Assembly (NCBI GenBank): GCA_963727895.1
Contig: CAVSHT010000011.1
Location: 32,001-96,000 of the forward strand
Source of the DNA: an uncultured Methanosarcinaceae archaeon
GTDB lineage: Archaea > Halobacteriota > Methanosarcinia > Methanosarcinales > Methanosarcinaceae
Reading direction: 5' to 3'
DNA: 64,000 nt
Of this stretch, positions 1 through 11,129 are shown one piece after another. Both the position numbers and the translations under genes were made by a program. The notes below the pieces were generated by a model. The model had not been told where the DNA came from, made no database searches, and was given only the letters and a program-made list of their open reading frames with translations. Within the stretch, counting starts at the first letter, position 1. The number at the start of each line of letters is the position of its first letter.

Positions 1-6
1 ATATGT

Positions 7-378
7 TTATTTTAAAGCTAGTTCCCCTTTTTCTCCAGTCCTGACCCTAACAACGTTGTCAAGAGACTCCACAAAAATTTTTCCATCACCAATCTGGGCA
101 GTCTGATTGACTTCAATGATGGTTTTAATTACCTGATCCATATCTTCATCATTCACAACTACGCTCAGAAGTCTTTTTGGTATGTATTTCATACCTGTAC
201 TGTACCTTTTTGCGAGCAACCTTGGTTGTATGTAAAAATTGAGCTCTCCTGAAATTCCTCTTTGCTTACCCTTACCTAATACCGGAATTGCCGTCATAGA
301 GGGAAAGCCAATTTTATCCAGTGCGTCTTTTGTAGCCGACATCTTGTTGGGTCTGATAATCGTGGTAATTTCTTTCAT
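7..378 (-). CDS. nifI2: PII-family nitrogenase regulator NifI2 (GlnB-like)
   Basis: PII motifs IIRP, GKGKQRG and GDGKIFV; long T-loop; second PII gene after nifH. Confidence 0.9.
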   Translation of the reverse strand: MKEITTIIRPNKMSATKDALDKIGFPSMTAIPVLGKGKQRGISGELNFYIQPRLLAKRYSTGMKYIPKRLLSVVVNDEDMDQVIKTIIEVNQTAQIGDGKIFVESLDNVVRVRTGEKGELALK

Positions 379-424
379 ATGAAAACATCCCGGTTTTCAA
401 AATTTTTAGCTTCCAGATTATTGC

Positions 425-742
425 TCATAATCCTCTTTCACCCGAGCTAATTGTGTATGCATCGTCGATAGTATTCACAAATATTTTTCCGTCTCCCATA
501 TTACCGGTGTATGCTTTTCCGGAAATTATTTTTATTATCTCGTCAACAGATTCGTCTTCTACAGCCATCATGATCATTGTTTTTGCGAGTTCATCGTAAT
601 GCACATCACCAACAGTGATCCCTTTTTGTTTCCCTCTTCCAAAAACGTTTATTTTTGTGAGGGAATAGTATCCAGCTTCTGCTAGTCCATCGGTTACTTC
701 TTCGGTCCATTCAGGACGTAGTATTGCACGGATCATTTTCAT
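425..742 (-). CDS. nifI1: PII-family nitrogenase regulator NifI1
   Basis: GRGKQKG and GDGKIFV motifs; directly downstream of nifH. Confidence 0.9.
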   Translation of the reverse strand: MKMIRAILRPEWTEEVTDGLAEAGYYSLTKINVFGRGKQKGITVGDVHYDELAKTMIMMAVEDESVDEIIKIISGKAYTGNMGDGKIFVNTIDDAYTISSGERGL

Positions 743-760
743 TTCTCATCTCTCCTTTAA

Positions 761-1639
<879 letters not shown>

Positions 1640-1748
1640 TTACTTGAACTTCACATTTTTTAAGACAAATGAAATTTCTAAACAAAACTACAATTTTTCT
1701 CATTTATTGTCTACTCTAGTTTGTGTATTCCACATTATTTTTTTCTGT

Positions 1749-2207
1749 GATATGCTAGTCCAAACATAACACTTATTTAGGTAAGCGGAATACAGACACC
1801 TATTTCCGTCTTAATAGTATATAATTATTTCGCAGATTATGTTTGAATACCAAAAAATTAAAAGAGAAAAACTCTATAAAAATTAAATATAGGTATTGTA
1901 CAAAAAACAACTTATATTGCCTTTTTTTTAATATAAAGGAACAATTACTCCTAAACTTAATATTAATTTATTGTTATGTAATTATAAGCACAACATTTTC
2001 CTTGTATGAATGATTTATGGGCCTATAAAGTGAGTTTCACCAATAGAATTTGTCAAACCGTTATGCTTAAATAACCATAACATAAAAACTAAAACATAAA
2101 CATTTGACATCTTTAAGGTAAAAAATAAGAAAACCTTAAACTTCATATCTTGTGATATACCAGTTTTAATTAAATCCATAATATCATTATGTTAAAGTAA
2201 ACATAAC
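1749..2207. promoter_or_regulatory. Four palindromic GTTATG-N10-CATAAC boxes (ModE-like operators)
   Basis: GATATG-N10-CATAAC 1749-1770; GTTATG-N10-CACAAC 1973-1994; GTTATG-N10-CATAAC 2060-2081; ATTATG-N10-CATAAC 2186-2207. Confidence 0.7.
1786..1830 (-). promoter_or_regulatory. Putative nifH promoter (TATA) with an imperfect palindrome near the start site
   Basis: Minus-strand AAATAATTATATAC at about 1817-1830; CGGAATA...TATTTCCG at 1786-1808. Confidence 0.45.
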
Positions 2208-2433
2208 AAATATTTCCTCTAAAACATGATTTAGATAGTGGTTTTCTTCCAAAATTGTCAAAATTACATATTTATATAAAAATAAATACAGTATTCTCTG
2301 AATGGCATATTAGTTCAAAAATGCCTAATTCGGAAAACTTCAAATTATACATGAAGCTGGAAGGCAAAAAATTCTCTGCCATGTACTTTAGGGCAATTCT
2401 GGCTTTATTGTGATATTGTTTGAGGGAGGTCAA

Positions 2434-4338
2434 ATGCAATGCAATATATGCGAAGTCGGATGTGAAATCAATAGATATGAAAGGGGCAGGTGTGGAACTT
2501 ATGTATGCACTGATGATAATACTATAATCCAGGACCCTGATATAGGATACCTTAGAGCAGATCCGATTTCAATAGAAGAAGTTCCTTTACTCCATTTTTA
2601 TCCTTCAGGAAAGTTCCTGCAAGTGTTCAGTACAGGATGTAACTTACAGTGCCCTGGTTGTGTGTCACGGATGCAAGCGTCAAGTAGACATTCGACTCAT
2701 CAAGCTTCACTTAGTCCATCTGATGTAGTAAAAAAAGCCTTACAGCAAGAGTGTCTGGGTATAGTTTCAACACTGAATGATCCTGTTGCTAATTATCACC
2801 TTTTTAGGGAGCTTGCAGTACAGGCACAAGAAAATAATTTGCTCGTAGGTTGTTCAACCAACTGCTATTTCACAAGTAAAATTTTAGAAGAATTTGGGCA
2901 GCTTGTAGACTTCGTGAACGTGGGAATTAAAGGTTATTCTGACAGGAGCTATAGAAATTGTGGAGCTCTTTCATCAGCCCCTGTTTTTCGAAATATTTCC
3001 AGACTTTATGATATCGGAGTGCATATTGAAGCTTCAGTTGTTTATTCTAAAGGGAATGAAAATGATGTAATAAATGTCGCAGAGGCAGTGTCCAATATTT
3101 CTTCTAGTATCCCATTGCACGTCATGAGATTCATTCCCTTAGGCTACGCTCCGATAGAACTAGAACCATCAATCGGAGAAGCAGAACAAATGTGTCCTTC
3201 TCTACACAAATATTTAGACTTTGTCTATCTCTTTAATTCGCCAGGTACTGACTTCCTGAATACCTACTGTCCTGAATGCGGCAGTCTCCTAATAGAACGG
3301 GAATTTAACAGACCTATTGGATCTCAGCTTGTAAAACCCTGGATGAATCATAAATGTAGTTGCGGTTACACCCTTCCAGTTAAGGAAAAAACCAACATTG
3401 AGAGTTTCATAAAAGCAGATTTCATAGACGATTACACTACAGGTCAAGCTTTCAGTATGGTTCATGCAGTGCTTACGTGTCTGGGAGTACTGGATGACTA
3501 CAAGTTGATGGATATATGGGGCGAAGATATACTAATGGATGTCTGGAATCAGGTCTCAGACCCCGAAACACTTACTCAAATTGATAATATGATAAGGCAG
3601 CCCTATTCTTATTTGGAGTTTATCAAATTTATTGCTGAAAAAGCGAATATGCCAGAAAAAGGGGAAGAACTTGTTTCTTTTATTCATGAGCGTTTGAAAA
3701 TTGTCCAGAATCTATCAGCAGGAAGAAGTAGTTATAATGTTTATTATTGCATGGGATCTCCTCTTTTTGCCCTGAATGCTGGAAGAATGGAAAATAACCT
3801 TGTTACATTTTCTGGAGGAGTGAGCATAAATAAGCAGCTTCAAAAGGAGGGGAAACTGGGTATAAATATTTCTCCTTCCTATATCAATGAGCACAATCCT
3901 GGGGTAATTTTTGTCTCAGGATTCCTTTCTCGTCCTCTCAATGAGTTTTATAGTTTATGCAAGGAATATGATATACATGCAGATGCTGTGACACAGCGAC
4001 GAATCTATGAAGTTTCACCTTCATGGGATTTCGGAAGCCCTCGCTGGATATTAGGACTAATGTACATAGCAGACAAGTTGCATCCAGGAAAACTTGGAGT
4101 TGACTTAATACAGGAAGCGGAAAATTTCTATTTGCAGTTTTATGGCATGCGATTTAAGGAAGCAAGGCCTAACAGGTCTTTACATAGGCCTTCATCTGGA
4201 ATTTGGTCACACACCCAGACACTCTATCACCCCTTCGAAATGGAGATGCCAAGGAATAATTATACTAAAAATATTAACAATGATATACTTCAACCTTTTA
4301 GCATCTTGCCAAATTATAATGTCAAGTTAAAAGGATGA
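2434..4338 (+). CDS. Radical SAM protein (AmmeMemoRadiSam/PFL-activase-like) fused to a C-terminal periplasmic-binding-like domain
   Basis: N-terminal CxxC..C..GxCG, CNLQCPGC radical SAM motif, TYCPECG; C-terminus (NPGVIF, AVTQRRIY, WDFGSPRWILGL..IA..LHP, FYxxFYG) resembles Fe/B12 substrate-binding proteins; ATG 2434 follows GGAGG. Confidence 0.8.
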   Translation: MQCNICEVGCEINRYERGRCGTYVCTDDNTIIQDPDIGYLRADPISIEEVPLLHFYPSGKFLQVFSTGCNLQCPGCVSRMQASSRHSTHQASLSPSDVVKKALQQECLGIVSTLNDPVANYHLFRELAVQAQENNLLVGCSTNCYFTSKILEEFGQLVDFVNVGIKGYSDRSYRNCGALSSAPVFRNISRLYDIGVHIEASVVYSKGNENDVINVAEAVSNISSSIPLHVMRFIPLGYAPIELEPSIGEAEQMCPSLHKYLDFVYLFNSPGTDFLNTYCPECGSLLIEREFNRPIGSQLVKPWMNHKCSCGYTLPVKEKTNIESFIKADFIDDYTTGQAFSMVHAVLTCLGVLDDYKLMDIWGEDILMDVWNQVSDPETLTQIDNMIRQPYSYLEFIKFIAEKANMPEKGEELVSFIHERLKIVQNLSAGRSSYNVYYCMGSPLFALNAGRMENNLVTFSGGVSINKQLQKEGKLGINISPSYINEHNPGVIFVSGFLSRPLNEFYSLCKEYDIHADAVTQRRIYEVSPSWDFGSPRWILGLMYIADKLHPGKLGVDLIQEAENFYLQFYGMRFKEARPNRSLHRPSSGIWSHTQTLYHPFEMEMPRNNYTKNINNDILQPFSILPNYNVKLKG

Positions 4339-4505
4339 TTGGAAAAGTAAAGAGCTGCAAGAATCCCATATATCTGGCTGATTATAGCAAAAAAATAATT
4401 AATAAATCAATAATAATAAAACAGTAAATAGTTTAAATTGAGTACAAGCCATCCGCAGCTTTACATATTTTTGTAATAAAATATTTTTTTAATTAAAATA
4501 TTTTT

Positions 4506-4636
4506 GACATTGTTAATTAAATATATCTAGTTCTTTATTTCTGTATTTCATCAATAAAAGAACCGAGTACTTTAGCATTTCAGTACTTTAGCATTTCTAG
4601 ATTCTTTGTGTAACACTTTGTTTTTCTTTTCAATCT
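4506..4636 (-). mobile_element. IS1-family right-end remnant
   Basis: Degenerate match to 9030-9165; internal 16-bp tandem duplication AGTACTTTAGCATTTC. Confidence 0.8.
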
Positions 4637-4910
4637 TTACGTAGGTTGTAACTCCAAAGTAATAGCTTTCATTTTTTGTATCCAGAGAAACTTTCCTGTA
4701 CCTCAAAACTTTCATTTTTTAATACGGTGACGTGTAAAAATATAAAGTTTAAAATGTATTGATGTGAGATGTACAGAGAGCAAAAAGACACCCAATATAA
4801 AGGAGATAGAAATAAAACAATAAAAAGATCCAGAAAGATAAAAATAGGCAATTAAAGAAAAAATTGCCGAATAAAAATGAAATAAATTAAAAGAAGAGGT
4901 AGGCAGAAGC

Positions 4911-5411
4911 ATGGAAGCAAAACTTGAACAGCGCTTAACTGAGCTCATAGCAGAGTACGAATCAGGACAAAAAATCCTCAAAGACATTGAGTTAAAGCTT
5001 GTTGAACTTGAAGACCGGAAAAAAAACCTGAAAGAAACCATCCTTCGCATTAGCGGAGCAATTGACCTGTTAGAAGAAATGCTGGAAGGAAAAAAGGATG
5101 CAAAGGAGCCAGAACTCGGAACAAGGAACAGAATTACTATAGAAATAATAGATGTGCCTAATGTTATAAAACAGCCCCTTAAAAAAGCTATTAAAATTCT
5201 AGAAGAAGCAGGGTTTACAGCAGGAGAGATCGTTGAGCAAAAAACGGTTTTACCTATAGGAGTTATGGCCGGAGATATTATCAGGCAGGACCCAAAACCA
5301 GGCACTAGTTCCCAAGTTGGATCAGCCGTAAAGCTCGTAGTTGCGGTAAAAGGCAAGTTTTTGCCAACTGATAAAAACTCGTTGTGTGACTCATTTTCAG
5401 ACAACATCTGA
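4911..5411 (+). CDS. Coiled-coil plus PASTA-domain protein
   Basis: VPNVI...LKKAIKILEEAGF...GDIIRQDPKPGT...GSAVKLVV fits the PASTA pattern; heptad-rich N-terminus. Confidence 0.75.
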   Translation: MEAKLEQRLTELIAEYESGQKILKDIELKLVELEDRKKNLKETILRISGAIDLLEEMLEGKKDAKEPELGTRNRITIEIIDVPNVIKQPLKKAIKILEEAGFTAGEIVEQKTVLPIGVMAGDIIRQDPKPGTSSQVGSAVKLVVAVKGKFLPTDKNSLCDSFSDNI

Positions 5412-6588
5412 ACAATATAAAGAAGGGATTAAAACGGAGTATCATTCTTCCATAATAAAAAGTTCTCTGAATGAACTTCAGGAACACTGTAGGGCAGCAA
5501 TTTCAGCCTTTACCGCACTTGAGCATTCTGAGAATCAGATATCTCAAAAACTTTGTCTGAGAAAATTTCTCAATGAGTGTCAGGAAACTTCAGTGGTCTT
5601 ATGGCACAATAATGATAGAAAACTAGGAAAACATCTCAGATCCATACTCTCAATTTCTGGAAATTCTCCTCTATCCCCAGCAGCTTTTTCAGAACTGAAA
5701 TCAGCAATAGGTAAACCAGAAGAAAGTGCTGATCCAGTAGAATTGGAAGCTTTCTCATATAATATAAAAACAAAATCACTTACTATTCGTGGGAAAAATT
5801 ATGAAATTCTGCCTATTTTCCTGGCCGTAAGAGACCTTTACGCTTCGCTGCCGTTCTTCGAAGAATTTCAGGCATGCACCGAACGGCTTGAAAAGGGTCA
5901 TCAGGATTCCACAGCACTCTTTCAGAAAGCTGTGCTTATGTATAAGTCCAGAAGATTTGAAACTGCTCTGCAAATTACTGCACAAGTTCTGAAAATTATT
6001 CCTGATGACTACAGAGTCTGGTACAACAGAGGTGTTATTCTATCTGAATTAGGCCGACTTGAAGAAGCAATTGAAGCTTATAACAGAACAATTGAACTTG
6101 AACCAGCTTTTGAAGTCGTATGGGACAATAAAGGAGTTGTTCTTGCCAAACTTGGCAGATTTGAAGAAGCTTTTGATACTTATAATAAAATCCTTTTAAG
6201 ATATCCAGAATATGCTGAAGCGTGGGCTGGAAAAGGCTCCATACTTTCGATCCTTGACAGAAAAGAAGAAGCTCTTGAAGCATATAATTCCGCCCTCCGA
6301 ATCAGACCCGATTATTATGAAGCCCTTAAAGCGACCGGAAACCTGCTTTCAGGACTTAGCAGATTCAAAGAATCCCTGAAGGTTTACGATAAAACGCTTC
6401 AGCTAGCTCCAACAGATCCTCTCCTCTGGACAGCACAGAGTTTTGTCCTTTCGGAAATTGGTAAACAGGAGGAAGCACTGCAAAATTGTAATCGAGCTCT
6501 TGAATTGAAACCTGGATTTGTTCCTGCACTTGAAACCAAGATGAAAATCCTTTCAGAAATCCGCAGACAGAAAACTAGAAACTCCTAA
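5386..6588 (+). CDS. TPR-repeat protein
   Basis: About six 34-aa TPR repeats (WYNRGVIL..LGR.EEA). Confidence 0.85.
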   Translation: MTHFQTTSEQYKEGIKTEYHSSIIKSSLNELQEHCRAAISAFTALEHSENQISQKLCLRKFLNECQETSVVLWHNNDRKLGKHLRSILSISGNSPLSPAAFSELKSAIGKPEESADPVELEAFSYNIKTKSLTIRGKNYEILPIFLAVRDLYASLPFFEEFQACTERLEKGHQDSTALFQKAVLMYKSRRFETALQITAQVLKIIPDDYRVWYNRGVILSELGRLEEAIEAYNRTIELEPAFEVVWDNKGVVLAKLGRFEEAFDTYNKILLRYPEYAEAWAGKGSILSILDRKEEALEAYNSALRIRPDYYEALKATGNLLSGLSRFKESLKVYDKTLQLAPTDPLLWTAQSFVLSEIGKQEEALQNCNRALELKPGFVPALETKMKILSEIRRQKTRNS

Positions 6589-6634
6589 TAATTTTTTAAT
6601 TATTTTTGTGTATAACATTTTCTATATAACATTT

Positions 6635-6680
6635 TTGAGCTTAGGTATTTTCCTATCTTGAGCTTAGGTATTTTCCTATC
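6635..6680. repeat. 23-bp tandem duplication
   Basis: TTGAGCTTAGGTATTTTCCTATC twice. Confidence 0.9.
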
Positions 6681-6837
6681 CGTATTTGGATTAAAAAATA
6701 GAACTATATTTTAATTACAAAGCAGTTTTTATATTCGATAAAATTCGAATTGAAAAAATATATCTCATTGAAAACAAAAAGTGTAAAATACCAGTTTTAG
6801 CTCTGGTTCCATGCTTTATATTTAAAAATGGCCAAGT

Positions 6838-7473
6838 GTGGCAAAAACCCTGAAGGGGTCCAGAATGAGCTTTCACTGGAAAAGCGAGGATTCCGATATG
6901 ACAGAAGAAAATACGAGTGAGAAAATAAGTAAGGTGAAGCAAAAGAAGTCAGAAACAGTAGAAAGGTCCATAGAACCAGAGGATGCCAGGAAGCTCCTTA
7001 AGAAGGCTGGAGAGACTGATAACTACGAAGAAAAGCAAAAACTGTATGATAAAGCCTTAACTTTGGACCCTTTACATCTTGATGCATGGATCCAGAAAGG
7101 TTTCGCCCTAGGCAGGATGGGAAAATCGAGAGAAGCTCTTGACTGTTATGAAAAAGCTCTTGAAATAGATCCCGAAAACCTGGGGGTCAAATGCCTAAAA
7201 GGTTTTGCTTTCAATAACTTGAAGGAGTTTGAAAAGTCGATAGAATCTTATGATGAAGTTCTAAAAGTAAAACCAGATGATGTATTTTCATTATATCAGA
7301 AAGGCTCAGTTCTGGAAAGTCTAGGTAGATATGGAGAAGCTATGAAGTGTTACGAGAAAGCACTTGAAATTGATCCGACTGACGCTCTTATTAGAGAGAA
7401 GCAATTAAGACTTCTTGGAGTTATTTATAAAAAAGGAACTTTAACAGACTCTCCAGACAGTAGTTTCAATTGA
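6838..7473 (+). CDS. TPR-repeat protein (true start may be downstream, e.g. 6898)
   Basis: TPR repeats (A..CYEKALEIDP). Confidence 0.85.
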   Translation: MAKTLKGSRMSFHWKSEDSDMTEENTSEKISKVKQKKSETVERSIEPEDARKLLKKAGETDNYEEKQKLYDKALTLDPLHLDAWIQKGFALGRMGKSREALDCYEKALEIDPENLGVKCLKGFAFNNLKEFEKSIESYDEVLKVKPDDVFSLYQKGSVLESLGRYGEAMKCYEKALEIDPTDALIREKQLRLLGVIYKKGTLTDSPDSSFN

Positions 7474-7656
7474 ATCAGAAATTTTAGAGATATTAACAAA
7501 ATTCTAATTAGATAAAATTTGTAACAAAGATAACGAAACAATTAAAGAAACAATAAGAGTTATCAAAAATGTAAATTGTAGTAAAACATCAAAAATGAAA
7601 TGTTCTCGAAAAATAAGAATAGTCTGATAAGAAAGTGTAAAGCCGGAAACCGGCCT

Positions 7657-8445
7657 TTACTTTTTGTTCTTGTTAGCTTCCTCTTCTATTCTGATCTCTT
7701 CAACGATTTCCATCAATTTTTCCTTAATTTTTACAATGGAATCCACAGCTTCGCCGCCTACTTCAATCGGAGCTTTTTTCTCCAGGTCAGCCTGCATTAG
7801 TTTAGTGTCAAATGGAATTTCTCCAAGAACCTGGATACCAAGCTCTTCAAGCCTATCATTGACTTTTCCAGAGCCTCCTTTATTAATTACGGCAGCAAGA
7901 TGTTTTATCCCTATTTCAGAAGACAGCTTTTTTATTCTCTCAGCCGTTTCGAGCGATCTCGCCCCTGGCTCAACTACCACTATCATGAGGTCCATTCCTC
8001 GTGTGGTACCCCTTCCGAGATGTTCAATTCCTGCTTCCATATCAAGGATCACTGCACTTTTGTCCTTAAGCATAAGGTGCCTGATAAGCGCTCGCAGAAA
8101 AGCTGAAGCAGGACACATGCACCCACTTCCACCACGGTCTACGGTACCCATGACAAGCATTCTTACTCCGTCAGGCCCTATAACTCCGTATTTACTCGCA
8201 ATATCATCGACTTTAGGGTTGTAAATGAAAGCTCCACCTTCGGCACCTGCTCTTTCCTGTATCAGATCTTTAAAATCTGTCAGGGGCTTTGGGGGATTTT
8301 CTACTCCAAGTGAAGATGCCAGATTCATATCTGGATCTGCATCTATTGCCAGTACTTCGTATCCGTCCCTTGCAAGTAATCTGGCCAGAGTGCCTGAGAG
8401 AGTTGTTTTTCCAACGCCGCCTTTTCCGGTAATTGCTATTTTTAT
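7657..8445 (-). CDS. cooC: CooC/AcsF-type nickel-insertion ATPase with apparent ATA start
   Basis: Frame extends upstream to (I)KIAITGKGGVGKTT...AIDADPDMNL; GSGCMCP and DMEAGIEHLGRG motifs. Confidence 0.85.
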   Translation of the reverse strand: MKIAITGKGGVGKTTLSGTLARLLARDGYEVLAIDADPDMNLASSLGVENPPKPLTDFKDLIQERAGAEGGAFIYNPKVDDIASKYGVIGPDGVRMLVMGTVDRGGSGCMCPASAFLRALIRHLMLKDKSAVILDMEAGIEHLGRGTTRGMDLMIVVVEPGARSLETAERIKKLSSEIGIKHLAAVINKGGSGKVNDRLEELGIQVLGEIPFDTKLMQADLEKKAPIEVGGEAVDSIVKIKEKLMEIVEEIRIEEEANKNKK

Positions 8446-9004
8446 GAGGATTCCCCCTGAACATTGATTCAGATTAATTATACTGATTTATAAGCAGGGA
8501 TATAACCATCAAGCTGTTTATAGTTATTCATTTATCTCTGCCTTCATCTAATTATTTCTTGGATAATATTTTTTAAAATATTTTGTTTTATGAAAATTGT
8601 ATTTATTCACTCATATGTTATCTCTGCCAATTTCTTTATCTAATAAAATAATAAATAGAAAGCACTCTTTTTAAAATTGTACACGTTCTTTTTCATATAT
8701 TTGAATCTCAGTTGGGACATTAAATCCTATGTATTATTCTTTCTGTGTAAACAGTCAAACAATGCAGGTTTAAAAAGAAATTTCAAACCCAACATAATAT
8801 AAGAATAGAATAATTTTTTTAGTTTTCACATAAATTTTATAAAGAATCAATAATAAGTAGATTAAGAAGTTCAATCTTACTCTCCAGATAGCCTAAACTC
8901 TACAACATATGCCTTAAGAGACATGGTCGTGTTAACTTTGCGCATATTTGAGTATTGGCTTACATGACCCTGCATCCTAGGAAAAATAGCTAGGAGTAAT
9001 ATAA

Positions 9005-10969
9005 ATGATGTTAAAGAGAATAAAAATTGGGCATTGTTACTTAAATATATCTCATTGTTACTTAAATATATCTAGTTCTTTATTTCTGTATTTCATCAAT
9101 AGAATAACCGAGTACTTTAGCATTTCAAGACTCTTCGTATAACACTTTGTTTTTCTTCTCAACCTTGCCAGAAAGTGCCTCAATATGCTGTTATATCTCC
9201 TTCAACAGTATACGTTTCTGCTTTTGATTGAGTATGACTCTTTTCTGGAAGAAACTCTGCATATGCTCTCCAGTGATCTGTCATCACTTCTCCAATCTCT
9301 TTTTTCTTCAATTTTTCCCAGAGTAGTTTTCCAGTTTCCGTTCCTCTGCTGCCAAAAGAGCAGTTGATGAACTTTTTCCCAACTCTATCAACAGCAATCC
9401 AGATCCAGCAATATTTTTTTTGTTACCGATGTAAGTGTGCATCTCATCCATTTCAACAATAGATATCTCATTTTCACTTTTTAGGTTCTCTAACTCTTGA
9501 CCAAATTTCTTGATCCATCTTTGGACAGAAACATGACTCACCCCTAAAACTCTTCCTATTTAGCGAAAGCCCAATCCTTCAAGGTAAAGTTGTAAAGCCT
9601 GTTTTTTAACAGAGGCGGAAAAAGCAGTTGATTTTAGCTCTACTGTATAGTTATAGCCACAATCATGGCATTTGTAGCGTTGACGCCCGCCAACTATACC
9701 ATTCTTTTTGTGACTGGAGCTATTGCATCTGGGGCAGTTCATGAAGAAATATACTTTCTAATAATATATAACTATGTTTAAGTATCAAAGCCCAAAATTG
9801 AAATAGAAATACTTGTTTTGATGATACTGTTTATTGGAGTAATATGTGTAGCCTCAGCATCTGCTGACAGTAATCAAGATACACAGTCAAAGGGTACGAT
9901 TTCTGAATTCAACGATTCAAATTCACAGAGTGACCTGTTACCCGATTTTAGTCCTCTGACTTTTCAGAATTTGAAAAATGATCCTAATGTTTTAGCTACA
10001 AAAGGGCAAATTCCACAGTATGCTACTCAAGCAGAAAGACAAAATTGGCTTGATAAACTTGATATAACATATAAATTAACAGGGGATGAGATGAGCCCAT
10101 ACGCGTACCCAAAAGGACCATTATTAGCGCACGGGTTTAACTTCGATGGATATATTGAAGTTGTGTTCTATAAAGGAATGAATGTCTCAGATTCTCAAAT
10201 TAATGAAATATATAACGTAATAAATAAAAAAGTAAATGAGGCATCTGTACAGGATGTTCTTGTTGTTTTCAAAAAAAGCGATTTTTTCCAAGATGCTATC
10301 GCAACTGAAGACGTAGGAACAGCTAATGAAACATCAAATTTGTCAGTATCTGAAGAAAAAAACGTTAAAATATTCAATAATTCAAGCACTAATAATTCTG
10401 ATAGTGCAGACAACATTCCACAACGTTTACCACTTACCTTTGGTCCGGAGACTCTTGATAAACTGAAAAGTGATCCAAATTTTATTGCTGCTTATGGAAG
10501 TATACCCTCTTTTTCAGCGTTGGAAGAAAGAAAACAGTGGCTTGATAAACTGAATAATGTATATCAAGGAGCTATATCGGAAATATCAAAATATGAGTAT
10601 CCAAATGGCCCTGTTACATCTTTTGGTTATACCATTGATGGTGTTATTCAGGTAGGGATTAATAGGAGTAGGACAGTTGATAAGCCTTTTATGGATGAAA
10701 TCTATCAGATTCTTGACTCAAACGCAAATAGGATGGAGATTAAGGAAATCCCTGTGGTTTTCGTGCATGAAGATAATCCTGTGCCAACAGTTAAAATTGA
10801 TCCAATCATTAAAACCGCGAATTCATCGGTATATGGAGAAAAAAACTCTGTAGAATTAAATAATAACTCAAGTGGAAATAAATCGAGCAAAAATAACTCT
10901 ATTCCAGATATTGGGGTATTGGGAAGCTTGATATGCCTGTGTAGTGGATGGAGACTCAGAAAAATGTAA
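9005..10969 (+). pseudogene. Secreted/surface protein with two internal repeats, signal peptide interrupted by IS1
   Basis: ATG 9005 after AGGAG joins in frame across the IS to give MMLKRIKIEIEILVLMILFIG; duplicated domain (LKxDPN...WLDKL...YPxGP...DG); PGF-CTERM-like tail. Confidence 0.75.
9030..9792 (-). mobile_element. IS1-family insertion sequence, defective
   Basis: GGCATTG/CAAAGCC ends; 8-bp TSD AAAAATTG/CAAAATTG; InsA Zn-finger CPRC...CHDC; internal TAA and a 2-bp insertion. Confidence 0.9.
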
Positions 10970-11129
10970 GAACAAGAGAGGAAAATTGTGTAGCCTTTAT
11001 AAAGCTAATTCAATAGTTACTAAAAGTTAAAAGAACACTTGATAAATGTTTAAGTGAATATTAAAAGAATTAAAAAATACATTTACCAAGTAAGAAATTA
11101 ATTATCTTTCTATTGAGTATAAAGTTCTT

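Noticed and set aside
1786..1808. NrpR operator
   Set aside because: GGAA...TTCC spacing is 13 rather than the 6 known from Methanococcus; kept only as an unassigned palindrome
7664..8224. Long antisense ORFs (also 4712-5407, 55819-56307 and several opposite cooS)
   Set aside because: Shadow frames of well-supported genes
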